From assembly GCF_964355755.1 (NCBI RefSeq), contig NC_092678.1:10290352-10354351 (forward strand): DNA of 64,000 bases, written 5' to 3'. The position numbers and the translations under genes were made by a program. This stretch comes from Antedon mediterranea (Eukaryota > Animalia > Echinodermata). This document shows positions 40,201 through 53,700 of this stretch, piece after piece. A model generated the notes under the pieces. The model was not told the origin of the DNA. It was given only the letters and a program-made list of their open reading frames with translations, and made no database searches. Numbering within the stretch: the stretch's first letter is position 1; each line of letters opens with the position of its first letter.

Positions 40201-43200
40201 TGATGTTTTTGTGTAACCAAGTTTCATCGAAAATCACAAAATGGTCTAAAACGTCTCCAAATGCGATTTGAAGCTTTTCCAAGCACTTTGCTGTTTTTAT
40301 GTTAACAAGTTTTTTCGAAAATCACAAAATGGTCTAAAACGTCTCAAAATACGATATTAAGCTGTTTTGTGCACTTTGATGATTTGTGTGAAAAGTTTTA
40401 ACGAAATGCTCAAAATGGTCTAAAACGGTTTCTAATGTGATTTTAAGCACTTTGATGTTTTTATGTAGCCAAGTTTTTTCGAAAATCACAAAATGGTCAA
40501 AAACGTCTCCAAATGCGATTTGAAGCTTTTCTAAGCACTTTGGTGTTTTTATGTTAACAAGTTTTTTCGAAAATCACAAAATGGTCTAAAACGTCTTCAA
40601 ATGCGATTTGAAGATATTCTGAGCACTTTGGTGTTTTTCTGTTAAAAAGTATTTTCGAAAATCACAAAATGGTCTATAACGTCTCCAAATGCGATTTGAA
40701 GCTATTCTGTACACATTGATGTTTTGTGTGAAAAAGTTTTGTCAAAATGCTCAAAATGGTCTAAAACGTTTTTAAAACGATATTAAGCTATTTTGTGCTC
40801 TTTGATGTGTTTGTATAACCAAGTTTTTTCGAAAATCACAAAATGGTCTAAAACGTCTCCAAATGCGATTTAAAGCTATTCTAGACACTTTGATGTTTTG
40901 TGTGAAAAATTTTCTCGAAATGCTCAAAATGGTCTAAAACGTTTTCCAATACCATTATTAAGCTATTTTGTGCAATTTGATGTTTTTGTGTAACCAAGTT
41001 TTTTGAAATGCGATTTGAAGATATTCTGAGGACTTTGGTGTTTTTATGTTAAAAAGTTTTTTCGAAAATCACAAAATGGTCTAAAACGTCTCCAAATGCG
41101 ATTTGAAGATATTCTGAGCACTTTGATGTTTTGTGTGAAAAAGTTTTGTCGAAATGCTCAAAATGATCTAAAACGTTTTTAAAACGATATTAAGCTATTT
41201 TGTGCTCTTTGATGTTTTTGTGTAACCAAGTTTTATCGAAATGAACAAAATGGTCTAAAACGTCTCCAAATGCGATTTGAAGGTATTCTGAGCAATTTGG
41301 TGTTTTTGTGTGAAAAGTTTTAACGAAATGCTCAAAATTGTCTAAAACGGTTTCTAATGTGATTTTAAGCACTTTGATGTTTTTGTAAAACCAAGTTTCA
41401 TCGAAATGCACAAAATGGTCTAAAACGTCTCCAAATGCGATTTGAAGCTATTCTGTACACTTTGATGTTTTGTGTGAAAAAAGTTTTGTCGAAATGCTCA
41501 AAATGGTCTAAAACGTTTTTAAAACGATATTAAGCTATTTTGTGCTCTTTGATGTTTTTGTGTAACCAAGTTTTATCGAAATGAACAAAATGGTCTAAAA
41601 CGTCTCCAAATGCGATTTGAAGCTTTTCCAAGCACTTTGCTGTTTTTATGTTAACAGGTTTTTTCGAAAATCACAAAATGGTCTAAAACGTCTCAAAATG
41701 CGATTTGAAGGTATTCTGAGCACTTTGGTGTTTTTGTGTGAAAAGTTTTAACGAAATGCTCAAAATTGTCTAAAACGGTTTCTAATGTGATTTTAAGCAC
41801 TTTGATGTTTTTGTAAAACCAAGTTTCATCGAAATGCACAAAATGGTCTAAAATGTCTCCAAATGCGATTTGAAGCTTTTCCAAGCACTTTGCTGTTTTT
41901 ATGTTAACAAGCTTTTTCGAAAATCACAAAATGGTCTAAAACGTCTCCAAATGTGATTTGAAGATATTCTGAGCACTTTGGTATTTTTATGTTAAAAAGT
42001 TTTTTCGAAAATCACAAAATGGTCTAAAACGTCTCCAAATGCGATTTGAAGATATTCTGAGCACTTTGGTGTTTTTATGTTAAAAAGTTTTTTCGAAAAT
42101 CACAAAATGGTCTAAAACGTCTCCAAATGCGATTTGAAGCTATTCTGTACACTTTGATGTTTTGTGTGAAAAAGTTTTGTCGAAATGCTCAAAATGGTTT
42201 AAAACGTTTTTAAAACGATATTAAGCTATTTTGTGCTCTTTGATGTTTTTGTATAACCAAGTTTCATCGAAATGCACAAAATGGTCTAAAACGTCTCCAA
42301 ATACGATTTGAAGCTTTTCCAAGCACTTTGCTGTTTTTATGTTAACAAGTTTTTTCGAAAATCACAAAATTGTCTAAAACGTCTCAAAATGCGATTTGAA
42401 GGTATTCTGAGCACTTTGGTGTTTTTGTGTGAAAAGTTTTAACGAAAAGCTCAAAATGGTCTAAAACGGTTCTAATGTGATTTTAAGCACTTTGATGTTT
42501 TTGTACAACCAAGTTTCATCGAAATGCTCAAAATGGTCTAAAACGTTTTTAAAACGATATTAAGCTATTTTGTGCTCTTTGATGTTTTTGTGTAACCAAG
42601 TTTTTTTCGAAAATCACAAAATGGTCTAAAACGTCTCCAAATGCGATTTGAAGCTTTTCTAAGCACTTTGGTGTTTTTATGTTAACAAGTTTTTTCGAAA
42701 ATCGCAAAATGGTCTAAAACGTCTCAAAATGCGATTTGAAGGTATTCTGAGCACTTTGGTGTTTTTGTGTGAAAAGTTTTAACGAAATGCTCAAAATGGT
42801 CTAAAACGGTTTCTAATGTGATTTTAACCACTTTGATGTTTTTGTGTAACCAAGTTCTTTTCGAAAATCACAAAATGGTCTAAAACGTCTCCAAATGCGA
42901 TTTGAAGCTTTTCTAAGCACTTTGGTGTTTTTATGTTAACAAGTTTTTTCGAAAATCACAAAATGGTCTAAAACGTCTCAAAATGCGATTTGAAGGTATT
43001 CTGAGCACTTTGGTGTTTTTGTGTGAAAAGTTTTAACGAAATGCTCAAAATGGTCTAAAACGGTTTCTAATGTGATTTTAACCACTTTGATGTTTTTGTG
43101 TAACCAAGTTTTTTCGAAAATCACAAAATGGTCTAAAACGTCTCCAAATGCGATTTGAAGCTTTTCTAAGCACTTTGGTGTTTTTATGTTAACAAGTTTT

Positions 43201-45479
43201 TTCGAAAATCACAAAATGGTCTAAAACGTCTCCAAATGCGATTTGAAGCTATTCTGTACACTTTGATGTTTTGTGTGAAAAAAGTTTTGTCGAAATGCTC
43301 AAAATGGTCTAAAACGTTTTTAAAACGATATTAAGCTATTTTGTGCTCTTTGATGTTTTTGTGTAACCAAGTTTTATCGAAATGAACAAAATGTTCTAAA
43401 ACGTCTCCAAATGCGATTTGAAGCTTTTCCAAGCACTTTGCTGTTTTTATGTTAAGTTTTTTCAAAAATCACAAAATGGTCTAAAACGTCTCTAAATGCG
43501 ATTTGAAGGTATTCTGAGCACTTTGGTGTTTTTGTGTGAAAAGTTTTAACGAAATGCTCAAAATTGTCTAAAACGGTTTCTAATGTGATTTTAAGCACTT
43601 TGATGTTTTTGTAAAACCAAGTTTCATCGAAATGCACAAAATGGTCTAAAACGTCTCCAAATGCGATTTGAAGCTTTTCCAAGCACTTTGCTGTTTTTAT
43701 GTTAACAAGCTTTTTCGAAAATCACAAAATGGTCTAAAACGTCTCCAAATGCGATTTGAAGATATTCTGAGCACTTTGGTGTTTTTATGTTAAAAAGTTT
43801 TTTCGAAAATCACAAAATGGTCTAAAACGTCTCCAAATGCGATTTGAAGCTCTTCTGTACACTTTGATGTTTTGTGTGAAAAAGTTTTGTCAAAATGCTC
43901 AAAATGGTCTAAAACGTTTTTAAAACGATATTAAGCTATTTTGTGCTCTTTGATGTTTTTGTATAACCAAGTTTTTTCGAAAATCACAAAATTGTCTAAA
44001 ACGTCTCCAAATGCGATTTGAAGATATTCTGAGCACTTTGGTGTTTTTATGTTAAAAAGTTTTTTCGAAAATCACAAAATGGTCTAAAACGTCTCCAAAT
44101 GCGATTTGAAGATATTCTGAGCACTTTGGTGTTTTTATGTTAAAAAGTTTTTTCGAAAATCACAAAATGGTCTAAAACGTCTCCAAATGCGATTTGAAGC
44201 TATTCTGTACACTTTGATGTTTTGTGTGAAAAAGTTTTGTCGAAATGCTCAAAATGGTTTAAAACGTTTTTAAAACGATATTAAGCTATTTTGTGCTCTT
44301 TGATGTTTTTGTGTAACCAAGTTTTTTTCGAAAATCACAAAATGGTCTAAAACGTCTCCAAATGCGATTTGAAGCTTTTCTAAGCACTTTGGTGTTTTTA
44401 TGTTAACAAGTTTTTTCGAAAATCGCAAAATGGTCTAAAACGTCTCAAAATGCGATTTGAAGGTATTCTGAGCACTTTGGTGTTTTTGTGTGAAAAGTTT
44501 TAACGAAATGCTCAAAATGGTCTAAAACGGTTTCTAATGTGATTTTAACCACTTTGATGTTTTTGTGTAACCAAGTTCTTTTCGAAAATCACAAAATGGT
44601 CTAAAACGTCTCCAAATGCGATTTGAAGCTTTTCTAAGCACTTTGGTGTTTTTATGTTAACAAGTTTTTTCGAAAATCACAAAATGGTCTAAAACGTCTC
44701 AAAATGCGATTTGAAGGTATTCTGAGCACTTTGGTGTTTTTGTGTGAAAAGTTTTAACGAAATGCTCAAAATGGTCTAAAACGGTTTCTAATGTGATTTT
44801 AACCACTTTGATGTTTTTGTGTAACCAAGTTTTATCGAAATGAACAAAATGTTCTAAAACGTCTCCAAATGCGATTTGAAGCTTTTCCAAGCACTTTGCT
44901 GTTTTTATGTTAAGTTTTTTCGAAAATCACAAAATGGTCTAAAACGTCTCTAAATGCGATTTGAAGGTATTCTGAGCACTTTGGTGTTTTTGTGTGAAAA
45001 GTTTTAACGAAATGCTCAAAATTGTCTAAAACGGTTTCTAATGTGATTTTAAGCACTTTGATGTTTTTGTAAAACCAAGTTTCATCGAAATGCACAAAAT
45101 GGTCTAAAACGTCTCCAAATGCGATTTGAAGCTTTTCCAAGCACTTTGCTGTTTTTATGTTAACAAGCTTTTTCGAAAATCACAAAATGGTCTAAAACGT
45201 CTCCAAATGCGATTTGAAGATATTCTGAGCACTTTGGTGTTTTTATGTTAAAAAGTTTTTTCGAAAATCACAAAATGGTCTAAAACGTCTCCAAATGCGA
45301 TTTGAAGCTCTTCTGTACACTTTGATGTTTTGTGTGAAAAAGTTTTGTCAAAATGCTCAAAATGGTCTAAAACGTTTTTAAAACGATATTAAGCTATTTT
45401 GTGCTCTTTGATGTTTTTGTATAACCAAGTTTTTTCGAAAATCACAAAATTGTCTAAAACGTCTCCAAATGCGATTTGA

Positions 45480-48400
45480 AGATATTCTGAGCACTTTGGT
45501 GTTTTTATGTTAAAAAGTTTTTTCGAAAATCACAAAATGGTCTAAAACGTCTCCAAATGCGATTTGAAGATATTCTGAGCACTTTGGTGTTTTTATGTTA
45601 AAAAGTTTTTTCGAAAATCACAAAATGGTCTAAAACGTCTCCAAATGCGATTTGAAGCTATTCTGTACACTTTGATGTTTTGTGTGAAAAAGTTTTGTCG
45701 AAATGCTCAAAATGGTTTAAAACGTTTTTAAAACGATATTAAGCTATTTTGTGCTCTTTGATGTTTTTGTATAACCAAGTTTCATCGAAATGCACAAAAT
45801 GGTCTAAAACGTCTCCAAATACGATTTGAAGCTTTTCCAAGCACTTTGCTGTTTTTATGTTAACAAGTTTTTTCGAAAATCACAAAATTGTCTAAAACGT
45901 CTCAAAATGCGATTTGAAGGTATTCTGAGCACTTTGGTGTTTTTGTGTGAAAAGTTTTAACGAAAAGCTCAAAATGGTCTAAAACGGTTCTAATGTGATT
46001 TTAAGCACTTTGATGTTTTTGTACAACCAAGTTTCATCGAAATGCTCAAAATGGTCTAAAACGTTTTTAAAACGATATTAAGCTATTTTGTGCTCTTTGA
46101 TGTTTTTGTGTAACCAAGTTTTTTTCGAAAATCACAAAATGGTCTAAAACGTCTCCAAATGCGATTTGAAGCTTTTCTAAGCACTTTGGTGTTTTTATGT
46201 TAACAAGTTTTTTCGAAAATCGCAAAATGGTCTAAAACGTCTCAAAATGCGATTTGAAGGTATTCTGAGCACTTTGGTGTTTTTGTGTGAAAAGTTTTAA
46301 CGAAATGCTCAAAATGGTCTAAAACGGTTTCTAATGTGATTTTAACCACTTTGATGTTTTTGTGTAACCAAGTTCTTTTCGAAAATCACAAAATGGTCTA
46401 AAACGTCTCCAAATGCGATTTGAAGCTTTTCTAAGCACTTTGGTGTTTTTATGTTAACAAGTTTTTTCGAAAATCACAAAATGGTCTAAAACGTCTCAAA
46501 ATGCGATTTGAAGGTATTCTGAGCACTTTGGTGTTTTTGTGTGAAAAGTTTTAACGAAATGCTCAAAATGGTCTAAAACGGTTTCTAATGTGATTTTAAC
46601 CACTTTGATGTTTTTGTGTAACCAAGTTTTTTCGAAAATCACAAAATGGTCTAAAACGTCTCCAAATGCGATTTGAAGCTTTTCCAAGCACTTTGCTGTT
46701 TTTATGTTAACAAGTTTTTTCGAAAATCACAGAATGGTCTAAAACGTCTCCAAATGCGATTTCAAGGTATTCTGAGCACTTTGGTGTTTTTGTGTGAAAG
46801 GTTTTAACGAAATGCTCAAAATGGTCTAAAACGGTTTCTAATGTGATTTTAAGCACTTTGATGTTTTTGTATAACCAAGTTTCATCGAAATGCACAAAAT
46901 GGTCTAAAACGTCTCCAAATGCGATTTGAAGCTTTTCTAAGCACTTTGCTGTTTTTATGTTAAAAAGTTTTTTCGAAAATCACAAAATGGTCTAAAACGT
47001 CTCCAAATGCGATTTGAAGATATTCTGAGCACTTTGGTGTTTTTATGTTAAAAAGTTTTTTCGAAAATCACAAAATGGTCTAAAACGTCTCCAAATGCGA
47101 TTTGAAGATATTCTGAGCACTTTGGTGTTTTTATGTTAAAAAGTTTTTTCGAAAATCACAAAATGGTCTAAAACGTCTCCAAATGCGATTTGAAGCTATT
47201 CTGTACACTTTGATGTTTTGTGTGAAAAAGTTTTGTCGAAATGCTCAAAATGGTCTAAAACGTTTTTAAAACGATATTAAGCTATTTTGTGCTCTTTGAT
47301 GTTTTTGTGTAACCAAGTTTTATCGAAATGAACAAAATGGTCTAAAACGTCTCCAAATGCGATTTGAAGCTTTTCTAAGCACTTTGCTGTTTTTATGTTA
47401 ACAAGTTTTTTCGAAAATCACAAAATGGTCTAAAACGTCTCCAAATGCGATTTGAAGATATTCTGAGCACTTTGGTGTTTTTATGTTAAAAAGTTTTTTC
47501 GAAAATCACAAAATGGTCTAAAACGTCTCCAAATGCGATTTGAAGCTATTCTATACACTTTGATGTTTTGTGTTAAAAAGTTTTGTCGAAATGCTCAAAA
47601 TGGTTTAAAACGTTTTTAAAACGATATTAAGCTATTTTGTGCTCTTTGATGTTTTTGTGTAACCAAGTTTCATCGAAATGCGATTTGAAGCTTTTCCAAG
47701 CACTTTGCTGTTTTTATGTTAACAAGCTTTTTCGAAAATCACAAAATGGTCTAAAACGTCTCCAAATGCGATTTGAAGATATTCTGAGCACTTTGGTGTT
47801 TTTATGTTAAAAAGTTTTTTCGAAAATCACAAAATGGTCTAAAACGTCTCCAAATGCGATTTGAAGATATTCTAAGCACTTTGGTGTTTTTATGTTAACA
47901 AGTTTTTTCGAAAATCACAAAATGGTCTAAAACGTCTCCAAATGCGATTTGAAGATATTCTGAGCACTTTGGTGTTTTTCTGTTAAAAAGTATTTTCGAA
48001 AATCACAAAATGGTCTAAAACGTCTCCAAATGCAATTTGAAGCTATTCTGTACACTTTGATGTTTTGTGTGAAAAAGTTTTGTCGAAATGCTCAAAATGG
48101 TCTAAAACGTTTTTAAAACGATATTAAGCTATTTTGTGCTCTTTGATGTTTTTGTGTAACCAAGTTTCATCGATATGAACAAAATGGTCTAAAACGTCTC
48201 AAAATGCGATTTGAAGGTATTCTGAGCACTTTGGTGTTTTTGGGTGAAAAGTTTTAACGAAATGCTCAAAATGGTCTAAAACGGTTTCTAATGTGATTTT
48301 AAGCACTTTGAAGTATTTGTAAAAACAAGTTTCATCGAAATACACAAAATAGTCTAAAACGTCTCCAAATGCGATTTGAAGCTTTTCTAAGCACTTTGGT

Positions 48401-50750
48401 GTTTTTATGTTAATAAGTTTTTTCGAAAATCACAAAATGGTCTAAAACGTCTCCAAATGCGATTTGAAGATATTCTGAGCACTTTGGTGTTTTTATGTTA
48501 AAAAGTATTTTCGAAAATCACAAAATGGTCTAAAACGTCTCCAAATGCGATTTGAAGCTCTTCTGTACACTTTGATGTTTTGTGTGAAAAAGTTTAGTCG
48601 AAATGCTCAAAATGGTCTAAAACGTTTTTAAAACGATATTAAGCTATTTTGTGCTCTTTGATGTTTTTGTGTAACCAAGTTTCATCGAAAATCACAAAAT
48701 GGTCTAAAACGTCTCCAAATGCGATTTGAAGCTTTTCCAAGCACTTTGCTGTTTTTATGTTAACAAGTTTTTTCGAAAATCACAAAATGGTCTAAAACGT
48801 CTCAAAATACGATAATAAGCTGTTTTGTGCACTTTGATGATTTGTGTGAAAAGTTTTAACGAAATGCTCAAAATGGTCTAAAACGGTTTCTAATGTGATT
48901 TTAAGCACTTTGATGTTTTTATGTAGCCAAGTTTTTTCGAAAATCACAAAATGGTCAAAAACGTCTCCAAATGCGATTTGAAGCTTTTCTAAGCACTTTG
49001 GTGTTTTTATGTTAACAAGTTTTTTGGAAAATCACAAAATGGTCTAAAACGTCTCCAAATGCAATTTGAAGCTATTCTGTACACTTTGATGTTTTGTGTG
49101 AAAAAGTTTTGTCAAAATGCTCAAAATGGTCTAAAACGTTTTTAAAACGATATTAAGCTATTTTGTGCTCTTTGATGTTTTTGTATAACCAAGTTTTTTC
49201 GAAAATCACAAAATGGTCTAAAACGTCTCCAAATGCGATTTGAAGCTTTTCTAAACACTTTGGTGTTTTTATGTTAACAAGTTTTTTCGAAAATCACAAA
49301 ATGGTCTAAAACGTCTCCAAATCCGATTTGAAGCTATTCTGTACACTTTGATGTTTTGTGTGAAAAAGTTTTGTCGAAATGCTCAAAATGGTCTAAAACG
49401 TTTTTAAAACGATATTAAGCTATTTTGTGCTCTTTGATGTTTTTGTGTAACCAAGTTTCATCGATATGAACAAAATGGTCTAAAACGTCTCAAAATGCGA
49501 TTTGAAGGTATTCTGAGCACTTTGGTGTTTTTGGGTGAAAAGTTTTAACGAAATGCTCAAAATGGTCTAAAACGGTTTCTAATGTGATTTTAAGCACTTT
49601 GAAGTATTTGTAAAAACAAGTTTCATCGAAATGCACAAAATAGTCTAAAACGTCTTCAAATGCGATTTGAAGCTTTTCTAAGCACTTTGGTGTTTTTATG
49701 TTAACAAGTTTTTTCGAAAATCACAAAATGGTCTAAAACGTCTCCAAATGCGATTTGAAGATATTCTGAGCACTTTGGTGTTTTTATGTTAAAAAGTATT
49801 TTCGAAAATCACAAAATGGTCTAAAACGTCTCCAAATGCGATTTGAAGCTCTTCTGTACACTTTGATGTTTTGTGTGAAAAAGTTTAGTCGAAATGCTCA
49901 AAATGGTCTATAACGTTTTTAAAACGATATTAAGCTATTTTGTGCTCTTTGATGTTTTTGTGTAACCAAGTTTCATCGAAAATCACAAAATGGTCTAAAA
50001 CGTCTCCAAATGCGATTTGAAGATATTCTGAGCACTTTGGTGTTTTTATGTTAACAAGTTTTTTCGAAAATCACAAAATGGTCTAAAACGTCTCCAAATG
50101 CGATTTGAAGATATTCTGAGCACTTTGGTGTTTTTATGTTAAAAAGTTTTTTCGAAAATCACAAAATGGTCTAAAACGTCTCCAAATGCGATTTGAAGCT
50201 TTTCTATACACTTTGATGTTTTGTGTTAAAAAGTTTTGTCGAAATGCTCAAAATGGTTTAAAACGTTTTTAAAACGATATTAAGCTATTTTGTGCTCTTT
50301 GATGTTTTTGTGTAACCAAGTTTCATCGAAATGAACAAAATGGTCTAAAACGTCTCCAAATGCGATTTGAAGCTTTTCCAAGCACTTTGCTGTTTTTATG
50401 TTAACAAGTTTTTTCGAAAATCACAAAATTGTCTAAAACGTCTCAAAATGCGATTTGAAGGTATTCTGAGCACTTTGGTGTTTTTGTGTGAAAAGTTTTA
50501 ACGAAAAGCTCAAAATGGTCTAAAACGGTTCTAATGTGATTTTAAGCACTTTGATGTTTTTGTACAACCAAGTTTCATCGAAATGCTCAAAATGGTCTAA
50601 AACGTTTTTAAAACGATATTAAGCTATTTTGTGCTCTTTGATGTTTTTGTGTAACCAAGTTTTTTCGAAAATCACAAAATGGTCTAAAACGTCTCCAAAT
50701 GCGATTTGAAGCTTTTCTAAGCACTTTGGTGTTTTTATGTTAACAAGTTT
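45480..50750 (+). repeat. ~5.3-kb duplicate of ~11.7-17.27 kb
   Basis: ORF pairs 12712/46496 and 12923/46707 and the 59-bp monomer junction 13891/47675 are all offset 33784. The offset becomes 33522 (14788/48310) after a 262-bp, three-monomer deletion. Boundaries are approximate. Confidence 0.8.
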
Positions 50751-53700
50751 TTTCGAAAATCACAAAATGGTCTAAAACGTCTCAAAATGCGATTTGAAGG
50801 TATTCTGAGCACTTTGGTGTTTTTGTGTGAAAAGTTTTAACGAAATGCTCAAAATGGTCTAAAACGGTTTCTAATGTGATTTTAACCACTTTGATGTTTT
50901 TGTGTAACCAAGTTCTTTTCGAAAATCACAAAATGGTCTAAAACGTCTCCAAATGCGATTTGAAGCTTTTCTAAGCACTTTGGTGTTTTTATGTTAACAA
51001 GTTTTTTCGAAAATCACAAAATGGTCTAAAACGTCTCAAAATGCGATTTGAAGGTATTCTGAGCACTTTGGTGTTTTTGTGTGAAAAGTTTTAACGAAAT
51101 GCTCAAAATGGTCTAAAACGGTTTCTAATGTGATTTTAACCACTTTGATGTTTTTGTGTAACCAAGTTTTTTCGAAAATCACAAAATGGTCTAAAACGTC
51201 TCCAAATGCGATTTGAAGCTTTTCTAAGCACTTTGGTGTTTTTATGTTAACAAGTTTTTTCGAAAATCACAAAATGGTCTAAAACGTCTCCAAATGCGAT
51301 TTGAAGCTATTCTGTACACTTTGATGTTTTGTGTGAAAAGTTTTAACGAAATGCTCAAAATTGTCTAAAACGGTTTCTAATGTGATTTTAAGCACTTTGA
51401 TGTTTTTGTAAAACCAAGTTTCATCGAAATGCACAAAATGGTCTAAAACGTCTCCAAATGCGATTTGAAGCTTTTCCAAGCACTTTGGTGTTTTTATGTT
51501 AACAAGGTTTTTCGAAAATCACAAAATGGTCTAAAACGTCTCCAAATGCGATTTGAAGCTTTTCCAAGCACTTTGCTGTTTTTATGTTAACAAGTTTTTT
51601 CGAAAATCACAAAATGGTCTAAAACGTCTCAAAATACGATATTAAGCTGTTTTGTGCACTTTGATGATTTGTGTGAAAAGTTTTAACGAAATGCTCAAAA
51701 TGGTCTAAAACGGTTTCTAATGTGATTTTAAGCACTTTGATGTTTTTATGTAGCCAAGTTTTTTCGAAAATCACAAAATGGTCAAAAACGTCTCCAAATG
51801 CGATTTGAAGCTTTTCTAAGCACTTTGGTTTTTTTATGTTAACAAGTTTTTTCGAAAATCACAAAATGGTCTAAAACGTCTTCAAATGCGATTTGAAGAT
51901 ATTCTGAGCACTTTGGTGTTTTTCTGTTAAAAAGTATTTTCGAAAATCACAAAATGGCCTAAAACGTCTCCAAATGCGATTTGAAGCTATTCTGTACACT
52001 TTGATGTTTTGTGTGAAAAAGTTTTGTCAAAATGCTCAAAATGGTCTAAAACGTTTTTAAAACGATATTAAGCTATTTTGTGCTCTTTGATGTGTTTGTA
52101 TAACCAAGTTTTTTCGAAAATCACAAAATGGTCTAAAACGTCTCCAAATGCGATTTGAAGCTTTTCCAAGCACTTTGCTGTTTTTATGTTAACAATTTTT
52201 TTCGAAAATCATAAAATGGTCTAAAACGTCTCCAAATGCGATTTGAAGCTATTCTGTACACTTTGATGTTTTGTGTGAAAAGTTTTGTCGAAATGCTCAA
52301 AATGGTCTAAAACGTTTTTAAAACGATATTAAGCTATTTTGTGCTCTTTGATGTTTTTGTGTAACCAAGTTTCATCGAAATGAGCAAAATGGTCTAAAAC
52401 GTCTCCAAATGCGATTTGAAGCTTTTCTAAGCACTTTGGTGTTTTTATGTTAACAAGTTTTTTCGAAAATCACAAAATGGTCTAAAACGTCTCCAAATGC
52501 GATTTGAAGATATTCTGAGCACTTTGCTGTTTTTATGTTAACAAGTTTTTTCGAAAATCACAAAATGGTCTAAAACGTCTCAAAATGCTATTTGAAGGTA
52601 TTCTGAGCACTTTGGTGTTTTTGTGTGAAAAGTTTTAACGAAATGCTCAAAATGGTCTAAAACGGTTCTAATGTGATTTTAAGCACTTTGATGTTTTTGT
52701 ATAACCAAGTTTCATCGAAATGCTCAAAATGGTCTAAAACGTTTTTAAAACGATATTAAGCTATTTTGTGCTCTTTGATGTTTTTGTGTAACGAAGTTTC
52801 ATCGAAATGAACAAAATGGTCTAAAACGTCTCCAAATGCGATTTGAAGCTTTTCCAAGCACTTTGCTGTTTTTATGTTAACAAGTTTTTTCGAAAATCAC
52901 AAAATGGCCTAAAACGTCTCAAAATGCGATTTCAAGGTATTCTGAGCACTTTGGTGTTTTTGTGTGAAAGGTTTTAACGAAATGCTCAAAATGGTCTAAA
53001 ACTGTTTCTAATGTGATTTAAAGCACTTTGATGTTTTTGTATAACCAAGTTTCATCGAAATTCACAAAATGGTCTAAAACGTCTCCAAATGCGATTTGAA
53101 GCTTTTCTAAGCACTTTGCTGTTTTTATGTTAACAAGTTTTTTCGAAAATCACAAAATGGTCTAAAACGTCTCCAAATGCGATTTGAAGATATTCTGAGC
53201 ACTTTGGTGTTTTTATGTTAAAAAGTTTTTTCGAAAATCACAAAATGGTCTAAAACGTCTCCAAATGCGATTTGAAGATATTCTGAGCACTTTGGTGTTT
53301 TTATGTTAACAAGTTTTTTCGAAAATCACAAAATGGTCTAAAACGTCTCCAAATGCGATTTGAAGCTATTCTGTACACTTTGATGTTTTGTGTGAAAAAG
53401 TTTTGTCGAAATGCTCAAAATGGTCTAAAACGTTTTTAAAACGATATTAAGCTATTTTGTGCTCTTTGATGTTTTCCTGTAACCAAGTTTTATCGAAATG
53501 AACAAAATGGTCTAAAACGTCTCCAAATGCGATTTGAAGCTTTTCCAAGCACTTTGCTGTTTTTATGTTAACAAGTTTTTTCGAAAATCACAAAATGGTC
53601 TAAAACGTCTCAAAATGCGATTTGAAGGTATTCTGAGCACTTTGGTGTTTTTGTGTGAAAAGTTTTAACGAAATGCTCAAAATTGTCTAAAACGGTTTCT

